Source: an uncultured Bacteroidia bacterium
GTDB taxonomy: Bacteria; Bacteroidota; Bacteroidia; Bacteroidales; UBA932
Direction of reading: 5' to 3'
DNA: 64,000 bases
NCBI GenBank assembly: GCA_902762435.1
Contig: CACWOH010000009.1
Coordinates: 3,278-67,277 of the forward strand
Positions 1-9,925 of this stretch are shown here, piece by piece. The number at the start of each line of letters is the position of its first letter. The first letter of the stretch is position 1. A program made the position numbers and the translations under genes. The notes beneath the pieces were generated by a model that worked only from the letters and a program-made list of their open reading frames with translations, made no database searches and was not told the DNA's origin.

Positions 1-2
1 CG

Positions 3-617
3 GAGTTCTGGCGCCGCTGGCACATCTCCCTCACTTCCTGGTTCCGGGACTATGTGTACATTCCCCTCGGCGGCAGCCGCTGCCCGAAGGCCAAGACGGT
101 TCGCAACACGTTCGTGATCTTCCTCCTGTGCGGCCTGTGGCACGGCGCCAACTGGACCTTCCTGGCCTGGGGCGCGTTCAACGCCCTGCTCTTCCTGCCC
201 CTGATCCTGAGCGGCAGGAACCGCCGGTACCGGGACATCGTCGCTCCGGACCGCCCGCTCCCTTCCTGGAAGGAAGCCGGGCAGATGCTCCTGACCTTCG
301 TGCTCGTCACCCTCGGCTGGATCATCTTCCGGGCGGATTCTCTCACACAGGCCTGGGAGTATCTGTGCGGCTTTCTGCGCCCGGGTCACTACCCTGTCCG
401 GGACGAAATCATCAACCTCAGCCAGCTGGTCGTCCAATGTGTCTGCATCCTGGTCATGCTGGCCGTCGAATGGTCCGACCGGAAAGAGGAGCACGGCCTG
501 TCGGTCCGGCGGATCCGGTCCAAGGCCCTGCGCTGGGCGGTCTACTGCCTGCTGATCCTGGCGGTTATGCTGTTCTTCGACGACGGCAGCGCCCAGTTCA
601 TCTATTTCCAGTTCTGA
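3..617 (+). CDS. MBOAT family O-acyltransferase (AlgI/DltB-like), 5'-truncated by window edge
   Basis: Frame is open from position 3: [26 protein letters not shown]...LWHGANWTF; hydrophobic helices; ends FIYFQF. Confidence 0.9.
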   Translation, partial: EFWRRWHISLTSWFRDYVYIPLGGSRCPKAKTVRNTFVIFLLCGLWHGANWTFLAWGAFNALLFLPLILSGRNRRYRDIVAPDRPLPSWKEAGQMLLTFVLVTLGWIIFRADSLTQAWEYLCGFLRPGHYPVRDEIINLSQLVVQCVCILVMLAVEWSDRKEEHGLSVRRIRSKALRWAVYCLLILAVMLFFDDGSAQFIYFQF

Positions 618-668
618 TCCTTCCCCGAGGCATCCATCTGGGCCAGGCGGCCCAGCACATACAGCGGA

Positions 669-2072
669 CTACCGGCCCGGGGCGATGCCGGGCACGCCGA
701 TCTCCCGTTCGGCAGGGACGAAACGGTCGTACGTCACGTCCTTGACGACCAGGTCCTTCACGCCGGTCACCCGGCTCGTGAACTCGTTCACCTGGCCCAC
801 GTGGATATGCTCCAGCGTGACGCCCTCGACGGGCAGCCGGTCGTCTCCGAGGATCTCATAGATGGCGTCGGCCTGGACGGCGCCGGCGTTGCGGACCGTG
901 ATGTTGCGGATCCGGGTGAGGGCCGTCTCGAAGGTAGGGACGATGTCCCGCCACTGGTACAGGACGTCCGTGTCGATCGCGAACACGCGCATCATCCGGG
1001 TGGCGGATACGTTTTCGAGCGTCACGTCCTCGATGAAGCCACCGCGGCGGTGGTTGGTCTTGATGTAGAAGAGCCGGTACACCTCGCTGGAGGAGTGGCA
1101 GTCGTGCATGTACACGCGCCGCACGCCGCCGGACATCTCGCTGCCGATGCCCAGGACGGTGTGTCCGTTCACGATCTCGCAGTTCCGGACCACGATATCG
1201 CTGGAAGGCATCCCCAGCCGCCAGCCGTCCTGGTTGCGCCCGGCCTTGATGACCACCCCGTCGTCGCCCTGGTCGAAGGTGCAGTTCTCCACGACCGCAT
1301 GCTGGGTCATCTCCAGGTCGATGCCGTCGTTGTTGTTGCCGTGGGCATAAACGTCCAGGCCGTGCGCCCACACGTCACGGCACATGAACAGGTGGATGGT
1401 CCAGAACGGACTTTCGCGGATCTTGAAGCCGTCCAGCTGCACGTTGGTGCAGCGGTTCAGGTGGATCAGGGCGGGGCGCATCTGCACGCCGGGCGCCTCC
1501 ATGTGGCGGTATTCCACCGGGACGCCCGTGGAAAGCATGGCGTAGAGCTGCCGCGTGGCGTCCAGATGCGACTGCGGACGGTCGAACCAGGTGCGCCAGA
1601 AGTCCATCCTGGGCGCCAGGGTGCCCGGGCCGCTGATGGCGATGTCGTCGCATTCATAGGCATATACAAGCGGAGACAGCCCCATGCACTCGGCGCCTTC
1701 CCAGGCGGTCCTGACCGCGGGAAGATACAGTTCGGGCTTGTCGTCGAACACGACGACGGCCCCTTCGGCCAGATACAGGTTGCAGCCGCTACGGAAGTGG
1801 ATCGGGCCGGTGATCCATTCGCCGGCCGGCACCACGACCCGGCCTCCGCCGGCTTTGTTGCAGGCGTCCATGGCCCTGGCGAAGGCCGCCGTGTTGGCCC
1901 GGACGTCGCCTTTCCGGGCGCCGTAGCGGGTGATGGGGAAATCCCGGTCGGGGAAACGGTGCATCTCGAGCGGTTCGAATGGGAAGGGGGCTTCGGGCGC
2001 CGTAATGGTCTGGGCCGGGAGCCATGCGGTGACACATAGGAGCACCGCGACGAGGATCGTTCTTCTGCGCAT
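669..2072 (-). CDS. Glycoside hydrolase family 28 (polygalacturonase-like), secreted
   Basis: Signal peptide; GH28 motifs NNDG, GDD, GH..IGS, IKT. Confidence 0.9.
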   Translation of the reverse strand: MRRRTILVAVLLCVTAWLPAQTITAPEAPFPFEPLEMHRFPDRDFPITRYGARKGDVRANTAAFARAMDACNKAGGGRVVVPAGEWITGPIHFRSGCNLYLAEGAVVVFDDKPELYLPAVRTAWEGAECMGLSPLVYAYECDDIAISGPGTLAPRMDFWRTWFDRPQSHLDATRQLYAMLSTGVPVEYRHMEAPGVQMRPALIHLNRCTNVQLDGFKIRESPFWTIHLFMCRDVWAHGLDVYAHGNNNDGIDLEMTQHAVVENCTFDQGDDGVVIKAGRNQDGWRLGMPSSDIVVRNCEIVNGHTVLGIGSEMSGGVRRVYMHDCHSSSEVYRLFYIKTNHRRGGFIEDVTLENVSATRMMRVFAIDTDVLYQWRDIVPTFETALTRIRNITVRNAGAVQADAIYEILGDDRLPVEGVTLEHIHVGQVNEFTSRVTGVKDLVVKDVTYDRFVPAEREIGVPGIAPGR

Positions 2073-2093
2073 AGTATCGTCCGAAAAGAAAAA

Positions 2094-2129
2094 AGAGAAT
2101 CAACCGCCTGTGCAAGTGATTGATTCTCT
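2094..2129 (-). terminator. Intrinsic terminator downstream of tRNA-Asn
   Basis: agagaatcaa / ttgattctct 10-bp inverted repeat followed by a T-run on the minus strand. Confidence 0.6.
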
Positions 2130-2133
2130 GTCG

Positions 2134-2207
2134 CTCCCCTTCTAGGACTTGAACCTAGGACCCCCTGATTAACAGTCAGGTGCTCTAACCAACTGAGCTA
2201 AAGAGGA
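2134..2207 (-). tRNA. tRNA-Asn(GTT)
   Basis: Reverse complement TCCTCTTTAGCTCAGTTGGTTAGAGCACCTGACTGTTAATCAGG...GTTCAAGTCC; cloverleaf; CCA not encoded. Confidence 0.97.
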
Positions 2208-2302
2208 ATGTTGCCCGCCACTCTCGTCTTGGGATTGCAAATATACGGCAAAAACTTGAAAGCGCAAATATTTTTTCGTGTTTTTTACTTTCTTGCGCAT
2301 AA

Positions 2303-3226
<924 letters not shown>

Positions 3227-3230
3227 CGCC

Positions 3231-3800
3231 TTGCTGGAACTGATCTATCCCGTCTCGCCGGCACCGCTCCTGAGGGGCGGCAAGCGGGCCCGTGCCAAGG
3301 AGATGCTGCCCGTCGTGGACGAAGCGGGCAACGTCCGGGCGCAGGCCGCGCGCGAATTCTGCCACGGAGGCACCAAACCGCTGCACCCGGTCGTCCACCT
3401 GCATGTCATCAACCGCGAAGGGGATATCTATCTCCAGCAGCGCGGCCCCCACAAGGACCTGCTCCCGCTGAAATGGGACACGGCCGTGGGCGGCCACGTC
3501 GCCTACGGGGAATACATCCTCGAGGCACTCTACCGTGAAGCCGCGGAGGAGCTGCAGCTGCACGATTTTCACCCGCAGTGGCTCTGCTCCTATATATTTG
3601 AATCCCAGCGGGAAAAAGAGCTCGTAAACGTGTTCGCCACCGTGGGCGACTACGAACTCCACCCCGACCGCGACGAGGTCCTCGACGGCCGTTTCTGGAC
3701 GCCGCAGGAAATTGAAAGCACCTTGGGCACGGGCCTGCTCACGCCCAATTTCGAGTCCGAATACGCCCGCATCAAAGACGCCCTCCAGGCCCTGCTGTAA
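3231..3800 (+). CDS. NUDIX hydrolase (IDI-like subfamily)
   Basis: LHPVVHLHV..IYLQQR..WDTAVGGHV..ALYREAAEEL Nudix box; TTG start uncertain. Confidence 0.85.
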   Translation: MLELIYPVSPAPLLRGGKRARAKEMLPVVDEAGNVRAQAAREFCHGGTKPLHPVVHLHVINREGDIYLQQRGPHKDLLPLKWDTAVGGHVAYGEYILEALYREAAEELQLHDFHPQWLCSYIFESQREKELVNVFATVGDYELHPDRDEVLDGRFWTPQEIESTLGTGLLTPNFESEYARIKDALQALL

Positions 3801-5908
3801 TGAAAGAACTCCGGAAATTCATCAAGGACCAGTTGTCCGTATGGCCGCTCGCCGCGGCCAACTACCGCTCGCTAAAATCCGTCCGGACACGGGAACTGAC
3901 GGTGGGCGGCCTGCCCTGCCGGGTGCAGTTCAACCCCGAAAGGGCCTTCTCCACCAACGCCGACACCAGCGCGGAGGCCATTGCCGCGCGCCCCTGTTTC
4001 CTTTGCGCGGACAACCGCCCGCCGGAGCAGTTCCACATCAAGTTCGAGGGCCGCAAGGGCCGGATGTACAACGTCCAGGTGAACCCCTACCCCATCTTCC
4101 GGGACCACCTGGTGATCGTCCGCGACAGGCATCTTCCGCAGGCCATCTGGCACCACCTGCCGGATATGCTCGACTTCGCCGTGAAATACCCGGACTGGAC
4201 CGTCTTCTACAATGGTCCGGAGAGCGGCGCATCCGCCCCCGACCACCTGCATTTCCAGGCCGTTCCCCGGCACCAGCTGCCGCTGGAGGCCGCCGTGGAC
4301 GCCTTCCTGGACGCTCCCGGCACGCCGCTCGCCTCCGTCAAGGACGCCACCCTGTACCGCTACGACGGCTATGCCCGTGGCGTGTTCGCCCTCAAGGCGA
4401 CGACTTCCAAGTCGCTCACCAAACTCTTCTACCGCCTGCTGGAATGCACTGCCCGGCCCGCGGGCGAGACCGAACCGCGCTTCAACCTCTTCGCCTACGC
4501 CAAAGGGGCCGAATGGCGCGCCTTCGTGGTGATGCGCTCCGCCAAACGCTCCCACCACTACGACGCCGACGGGGAGGAACACCTGACCATCAGCCCGGGC
4601 GCCGCCGACGTGGCCGGCGTGTTCGTCACGCCCGTCCGCGAAGACTTCGAGAAGGTCACGGCCGCCCGGCTGGAGGAAATCCTGGACGAGGTAACCGTCT
4701 CCGAACACGAGCAGGAGATGATCGTCTGGCGCCTGACGCGCACGCAGCCGACCGTCTCCGTCGGCATCCTGGCCGCCAGGGAAATCTGCTTCGAGATCAT
4801 CTCGGACGGCGCCGGTCCCCAGCACGTGCGCTGGAACGACGGGCGCATCGACTACAACGGCACGCTCTACGACGAACTCTATTTCGACTCCATCACCCGC
4901 TCCACCCTCTTCGCCGAGCCTTCCTTCGTACTGCACGACGTGGTGATTGGCATCGATTTCCATTGGGAGCAGAAACGCACGCTGAAGTTCGCCGGCGGCC
5001 TGAAGTTCATCGTCGAGGGCGACCACCTGCGGGCGGTGAACCTCGTGGGGATGGAAGACTACCTGCTGAGCGTCATCTCCTCCGAGATGAAGTCCAGCGC
5101 CTCCCCCGAACTGCTCAAGGCGCACGCCGTCATCTCCCGCAGCTGGCTCCTCGCCCGCATGCGGGACCGGCAGATGGCAGCGAACGGGGCGGAGAAGCCG
5201 AAGGCCGAGGTCCCGCACAGGGATTTCGACGTCTGCGCGGATGACCACTGCCAACGCTATCAAGGACTTACGATGGCCGTCGGGGATAAGGTCCGCACGG
5301 TCATCGACGAGACCTGGGGGCAGGTGCTGCGCTACGACGGGCAGCTCTGCGACACCCGGTATTCCAAGTGCTGCGGCGGCCTGACCGAACTGTACAGCAC
5401 CTGCTGGGAAGACATCGACTACCCCTACCTGCAGTGCGTCGAGGACCCCTGGTGCGACTGCGAGAACGACGCGGTGCTCGCCCAGGTGCTCAACGACTAC
5501 GACCAGCAGACGCGCGACTTCCACGACTGGACCGTCCGCTACACCCCGGAGGAGCTTTCCGCCCTGGTGCGGGAGCGCACCGGGACCGACTTCGGGGACA
5601 TCCAGGCCCTGGAGCCCGTGGAGCGCGGCCCGTCCGGGCGGATCAAGTACCTCCGCATCGTGGGCAGCAAGCACACGGAAACGCTGGGCAAGGAACTCAG
5701 GATCCGCCGCGCGCTGAGTCCCTCCCACCTGAAGAGTTCCGCTTTCAGCGTGGAGCGGGACCCCGCCGGGGCGTTCGTCCTGCGCGGACGCGGCTGGGGC
5801 CACGGCGTGGGCCTCTGCCAGATCGGCGCGGCGGTGATGGCCGACCGCGGTTTCGACTACAAGCAAATCCTCCTTCACTATTATCCCGGTACCAGCCTTG
5901 AAGACTAA
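3800..5908 (+). CDS. DUF4922 (HIT-like phosphorylase) fused to SpoIID/LytB domain
   Basis: N-half RPCFLC, NPYPIF, GASAPDHLHFQ; C-half YLLSVISSEM, CADDHCQRYQG, GRGWGHGVGLCQIGA, ILLHYYPG; no signal peptide. Confidence 0.85.
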   Translation: MKELRKFIKDQLSVWPLAAANYRSLKSVRTRELTVGGLPCRVQFNPERAFSTNADTSAEAIAARPCFLCADNRPPEQFHIKFEGRKGRMYNVQVNPYPIFRDHLVIVRDRHLPQAIWHHLPDMLDFAVKYPDWTVFYNGPESGASAPDHLHFQAVPRHQLPLEAAVDAFLDAPGTPLASVKDATLYRYDGYARGVFALKATTSKSLTKLFYRLLECTARPAGETEPRFNLFAYAKGAEWRAFVVMRSAKRSHHYDADGEEHLTISPGAADVAGVFVTPVREDFEKVTAARLEEILDEVTVSEHEQEMIVWRLTRTQPTVSVGILAAREICFEIISDGAGPQHVRWNDGRIDYNGTLYDELYFDSITRSTLFAEPSFVLHDVVIGIDFHWEQKRTLKFAGGLKFIVEGDHLRAVNLVGMEDYLLSVISSEMKSSASPELLKAHAVISRSWLLARMRDRQMAANGAEKPKAEVPHRDFDVCADDHCQRYQGLTMAVGDKVRTVIDETWGQVLRYDGQLCDTRYSKCCGGLTELYSTCWEDIDYPYLQCVEDPWCDCENDAVLAQVLNDYDQQTRDFHDWTVRYTPEELSALVRERTGTDFGDIQALEPVERGPSGRIKYLRIVGSKHTETLGKELRIRRALSPSHLKSSAFSVERDPAGAFVLRGRGWGHGVGLCQIGAAVMADRGFDYKQILLHYYPGTSLED

Positions 5909-7169
5909 ATCCCCCTGGGCCTGGGTGCCCACCCTGTATCTGCTCGAGGGCATTCCCTACGCCCTCGTCAACACGGTCGCCCTGGCCGTGTTCAAGGACC
6001 TCGGCGTGGACAACGGCACGCTCGGTCCGCTGACCACGCTGATCAGCCTGCCCTGGCTGGTGAAGCCCCTCTGGAGCCCGCTGGTGGACATTTTCCGCAG
6101 CAAGCGCTGGTGGATCCTGCTGACGCAGATCACCATGGCCGCAACGGCGCTGCTCATCGCCCTGCTGCTGCCTTTCTGCGGGATGACCGCCCTGATCATC
6201 CTCTTCGTGGTCGTCGCCTTCGCCTCCGCCACCCACGACATCTCGGCGGACGGCTATTATATGCTCGGCCTGGACCGCGAGAAGCAGTCGGTGTTCGTGG
6301 GCATCCGCAACACCTTCTACCGCGGCGGCCTCGTCTTCGGCCAGGGCCTGCTGGTGATGCTCGCCGGCCTGCTCCAGCAGCGCCACGGCAGCATCCCCCG
6401 CGCCTGGGCCACGGTAATGGGCATCGCCGCCGCCCTGATGGCGCTCATCGCGCTCTACCACGTCTTCACCCTGCCTTCCCCGGAAGAGGACCGCGACCGG
6501 CGGGAGACGAGAAGCGTCCGGCAGGTGTTCTCCGAATTCGGCGCCTCCTTCGCGACCTTCTTCACCAAGCCGGCCGTGGGCTGGGCCATCGCCTTCCTGC
6601 TCCTGTACCGGCTGCCGGAAGCCCTCTCGCTCAACCTGCTCTATCCCTTCTTCAAGGACGGACCGGAAGTCGGCGGCCTGGGCGCCGGCACGAGCATGTA
6701 CGGCCTTGTCTACGGCACCTTCGGCGTGTTCGCGCTGCTGCTCGGCGGCATCCTCGGCGGGGTGTACGCCGCCCGCCGCGGGCTGCGCCGCTCGCTCTGG
6801 CCGATGGGCCTCGCGCTCGCCCTCCCCTGCGCCGTGTACCTGCTGATGGCCCTGTTCCGCCCGGAAGGCGTGTGGGTCATCGGCGGCTGCGTGGTGCTGG
6901 ACCAGTTCGGCTACGGATTCGGCTTCACCGCCTACACCTTATTCATGATGCAATATGTGGACGGTCCGCTCAAGACCTCGCACTACGCCCTCTGCACCGC
7001 CTTCATGTGGCTGTCGATGAAGCTTCCGGCCCTCGTGGCCGGCTACATCCAGCAGGCGGCCGGCTACGTCGGCTTCTTCACCATCGTGATGGCCAGCTGC
7101 CTCGGCACGGTGGCCGCCGTCCTGATCGCCCGTCACAAAATACCCCTGGGAAATGAAAAAATGGATTAA
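5898..7169 (+). CDS. ampG: AmpG-like MFS muropeptide permease
   Basis: LPWLVKPLWSPLVD, SATHDISADGYY, multiple TM helices; TTG start overlaps upstream stop. Confidence 0.8.
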   Translation: MKTKSPWAWVPTLYLLEGIPYALVNTVALAVFKDLGVDNGTLGPLTTLISLPWLVKPLWSPLVDIFRSKRWWILLTQITMAATALLIALLLPFCGMTALIILFVVVAFASATHDISADGYYMLGLDREKQSVFVGIRNTFYRGGLVFGQGLLVMLAGLLQQRHGSIPRAWATVMGIAAALMALIALYHVFTLPSPEEDRDRRETRSVRQVFSEFGASFATFFTKPAVGWAIAFLLLYRLPEALSLNLLYPFFKDGPEVGGLGAGTSMYGLVYGTFGVFALLLGGILGGVYAARRGLRRSLWPMGLALALPCAVYLLMALFRPEGVWVIGGCVVLDQFGYGFGFTAYTLFMMQYVDGPLKTSHYALCTAFMWLSMKLPALVAGYIQQAAGYVGFFTIVMASCLGTVAAVLIARHKIPLGNEKMD

Positions 7170-8421
7170 ACTGCTGCTGCCGCTCGCCCTGCTGTCCTGC
7201 AGCCAGGCGCCGGCGGAAAGCGCCGCGCCCCCCGTCCGCGTCAAGCCGGGCATCGAGGTGCTCCGCGAACGGAACTTTGCCGGTCTGGAAGGCAAGCGCG
7301 TCGGCCTGGTAACCAACCCTTCCGGGGTGGACAGCCGGCTCAAGTCCACCATCGACATCCTCTTCGAGGCCCCGGAAGTCAAACTGGTCGCCCTGTACGC
7401 CCCCGAACACGGGGTGCGCGGAGACATCTACGCCGGCGGCAAGGTGGAGTCCGGCAAGGACGATCACACCGGCCTGCCCGTCCATTCGCTCTACGGCGAC
7501 ACCCGCCAGCCCACGAAAGCGATGCTCCAGGGCGTGGACATCGTGGTCTACGACATCCAGGACGTGGGGTCCCGTTCATACACATTCATCTCCACCCTGG
7601 GCCTTGTGATGCGCACCTGCGCCGAGATGGACATCCCCGTGATGGTACTCGACCGTCCCAACCCGCTGGGCGGGCTGAAGATAGAGGGGCCGCTGGTGCG
7701 GGACGGTTTCCATTCGTTCGTCAGCCAGTACAAGATCCCCTACATCTACGGCCTGACCGTGGGCGAACTCGCCCGCCTGATCAACGACGAGGGGCTCAAC
7801 TGCGGCCAGAACGGCAAGGCGGCCCCGCTGAAATGCAAGCTGACCGTCGTCCCGATGGAGGGCTGGACGCGCGACATGCTCTTCAACGACACCGGCCTGC
7901 CCTGGATCCTCCCCTCCCCGAACATCCCCTACCCCGAGACGGCCGTCTGCTACCCTTCCGCCGGCCTGTGCGGCGAGATGTACAACTACCTGCACATCGG
8001 CATCGGCTACACCCTTCCCTTCGGCACCTTCGCCGAGACCTGGGTGGACGCCGACAAACTCAAGGAGAAACTCGACAGCTACCACGTCCCCGGCGTGGCC
8101 TGGCGCACCATCCATTACCAGCCCATTTCGGGCCGGCTCGCCGGGAAACTGATCCACGGCGTGCAATATTTTTACACCGACTACGAGGCCGCCACCCTTA
8201 CCCTGACGCAGTTCTACGTGATGCAGGCGATATGGGAACTGTACAAGAAGAACCCGATTACGGCAAGTTCCGACAGACTTTCGATGTTCAACAAGGTTTG
8301 CGGCACTGATTTTGTCAGTAAGACTTTCGGACAGACGATGAAAGTCTCGGACATCGCAGATTTCTGGTCCGCTGACGTTCCGGCTTTCAGAGAACTGGCC
8401 GAAAAGTATTACATTTACTAA
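7153..8421 (+). CDS. namZ: Exo-beta-N-acetylmuramidase NamZ family (DUF1343) lipoprotein
   Basis: Lipobox LLSC; VGLVTNPSG, APEHG, YDIQDVGSRSYTF, LDRPNPLGG, PSPNIP. Confidence 0.85.
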   Translation: MKKWIKLLLPLALLSCSQAPAESAAPPVRVKPGIEVLRERNFAGLEGKRVGLVTNPSGVDSRLKSTIDILFEAPEVKLVALYAPEHGVRGDIYAGGKVESGKDDHTGLPVHSLYGDTRQPTKAMLQGVDIVVYDIQDVGSRSYTFISTLGLVMRTCAEMDIPVMVLDRPNPLGGLKIEGPLVRDGFHSFVSQYKIPYIYGLTVGELARLINDEGLNCGQNGKAAPLKCKLTVVPMEGWTRDMLFNDTGLPWILPSPNIPYPETAVCYPSAGLCGEMYNYLHIGIGYTLPFGTFAETWVDADKLKEKLDSYHVPGVAWRTIHYQPISGRLAGKLIHGVQYFYTDYEAATLTLTQFYVMQAIWELYKKNPITASSDRLSMFNKVCGTDFVSKTFGQTMKVSDIADFWSADVPAFRELAEKYYIY

Positions 8422-8433
8422 CATCACACAATT

Positions 8434-9918
8434 ATGAAACGCTTGACCACACTTTCCCTGATCGCCATAGCCGCAGCGGCTATGATCGCGGTCCCTCTCG
8501 ACGCTCAGACCAGGGGCGGCAGCAATTCCCGCGGTGGATCGGGCGGCGGCAACTCCCGCAGCAGCGGAGGCGGCCGTCCTTCCTCTTCGATGTCAGCTCC
8601 GTCCGGCCAGATGCGCAGCTCCGGCCCGTCCGGTAATACAAAAGGACTCGGTTCCGTTGGCAGCAGCCAGCGTTCCGCGCCTTCCCAGCAGAATCGCAGC
8701 ATGCAGCAGAGCCGCCCGTCCGGCAGCTCTTCCACCCAGGCTCCGCGCAGCGGCAGCCAGGTCGGACGTTCCGGGAGCAACACCCGGTCTTCCTCCGGCA
8801 GCAGCAGCGGCACCGTGAACCGCAACAGCGGCAGCAGCGGTACCGTGAACCGCAACCAGGGCGTCCAGACCCGGAGCAAGCCGCTGCCCGGCACCAGCAA
8901 CAGCAGCCCGAGCGTGCAGACGCAGCCGCGCCAGAGCGCCGGCCAACCCGCCCGCGGAGGCAGCAATGTCGACAGCCGGAACACCACCGGCGGCGCCACG
9001 GTGCGCCAGAACCGCCAGAATCCCTCCCAGCCGGGAGGCAGCGTGAACCGCAACCAGCCCCAGCCGGGCATGAGCACGGATCCGGGTGCCCCGCGCACCG
9101 TCCGTCAGCGTGAGAGTGCCCCGCGCAACTTCGAGGGCGGCCGCGAGCCGCGCGAGATCCGGATGCACCCGGGTCCCGGCCACAACATGGAGCGCATCCC
9201 GCCCCGTCACCGCGACCCGATGCCGTACGGACGTGCCGTCCGCTTCTGGGACGGCGGACACCACTACTTCGGCTACCGCGTCTCCTACCTGCCCACCCGC
9301 TACGTCCGCGTAGACTACTGGGGCGTCCCCTACTACCTGCTCGACGGCATCTACTACCGCCACTACGGAGGTTACTACTACGTCTGCCGTCCTCCTTTCG
9401 GGGTCTTCTTCGACCCGGTCCTGGACAACCTGGCATACACCGTCTGCCGCTTTTCCTACTACTACGACGTGTACAACACGTACCGTACGATCAATGAGAA
9501 CGCACAGACCATCGCCAGCCAGAACGCGACCATCGCGGCGAACAACGCCACGATCGCAAGGCAGAACGCCGACATCGCGCTCAACACCGAGCGCGCCGCC
9601 CAGTCCTACAAGGAGGCCGACAGGCTCGGCCTGGTGCAGAGCTACGCCGACGCCAGCGTGGAATACTTCTACGAGGACGGTGTGTTCTTCATCAAGGACA
9701 AGAACGGCAAGTACGTGACCATCGTACCGCCTGCAGGCGCCCTCGTGCAGGAGCTCCCCGACGACTACGACACCATCACCCTTGACGGCAAGGAGTACTA
9801 CAAGGTGGACGACACCGTGTACAGGCTCACCATCATCGACGGCTCTCCGTACTTCGAGGTGCTCGGCCAGATGACCGGCACGCTCGCACAGAAGTACGAC
9901 ATGTACAACAGCCTCTAG
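8434..9918 (+). CDS. Secreted protein: long Ser/Gly/Arg/Gln disordered region, two aromatic DUF6515-like repeats and a central heptad
   Basis: Signal peptide; YYLLDGIYY..YVCRPPFG and YFYEDGVFF..TIVPPAGA repeats; ASQNATIAANNATIARQNA. Confidence 0.6.
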   Translation: MKRLTTLSLIAIAAAAMIAVPLDAQTRGGSNSRGGSGGGNSRSSGGGRPSSSMSAPSGQMRSSGPSGNTKGLGSVGSSQRSAPSQQNRSMQQSRPSGSSSTQAPRSGSQVGRSGSNTRSSSGSSSGTVNRNSGSSGTVNRNQGVQTRSKPLPGTSNSSPSVQTQPRQSAGQPARGGSNVDSRNTTGGATVRQNRQNPSQPGGSVNRNQPQPGMSTDPGAPRTVRQRESAPRNFEGGREPREIRMHPGPGHNMERIPPRHRDPMPYGRAVRFWDGGHHYFGYRVSYLPTRYVRVDYWGVPYYLLDGIYYRHYGGYYYVCRPPFGVFFDPVLDNLAYTVCRFSYYYDVYNTYRTINENAQTIASQNATIAANNATIARQNADIALNTERAAQSYKEADRLGLVQSYADASVEYFYEDGVFFIKDKNGKYVTIVPPAGALVQELPDDYDTITLDGKEYYKVDDTVYRLTIIDGSPYFEVLGQMTGTLAQKYDMYNSL

Positions 9919-9925
9919 CAGCGCT

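Noticed and set aside
8255-8421. Variable 3' end of namZ as a DGR variable region
   Set aside because: No reverse transcriptase or template repeat in the window; changes are not adenine-specific and mostly sit at third codon positions
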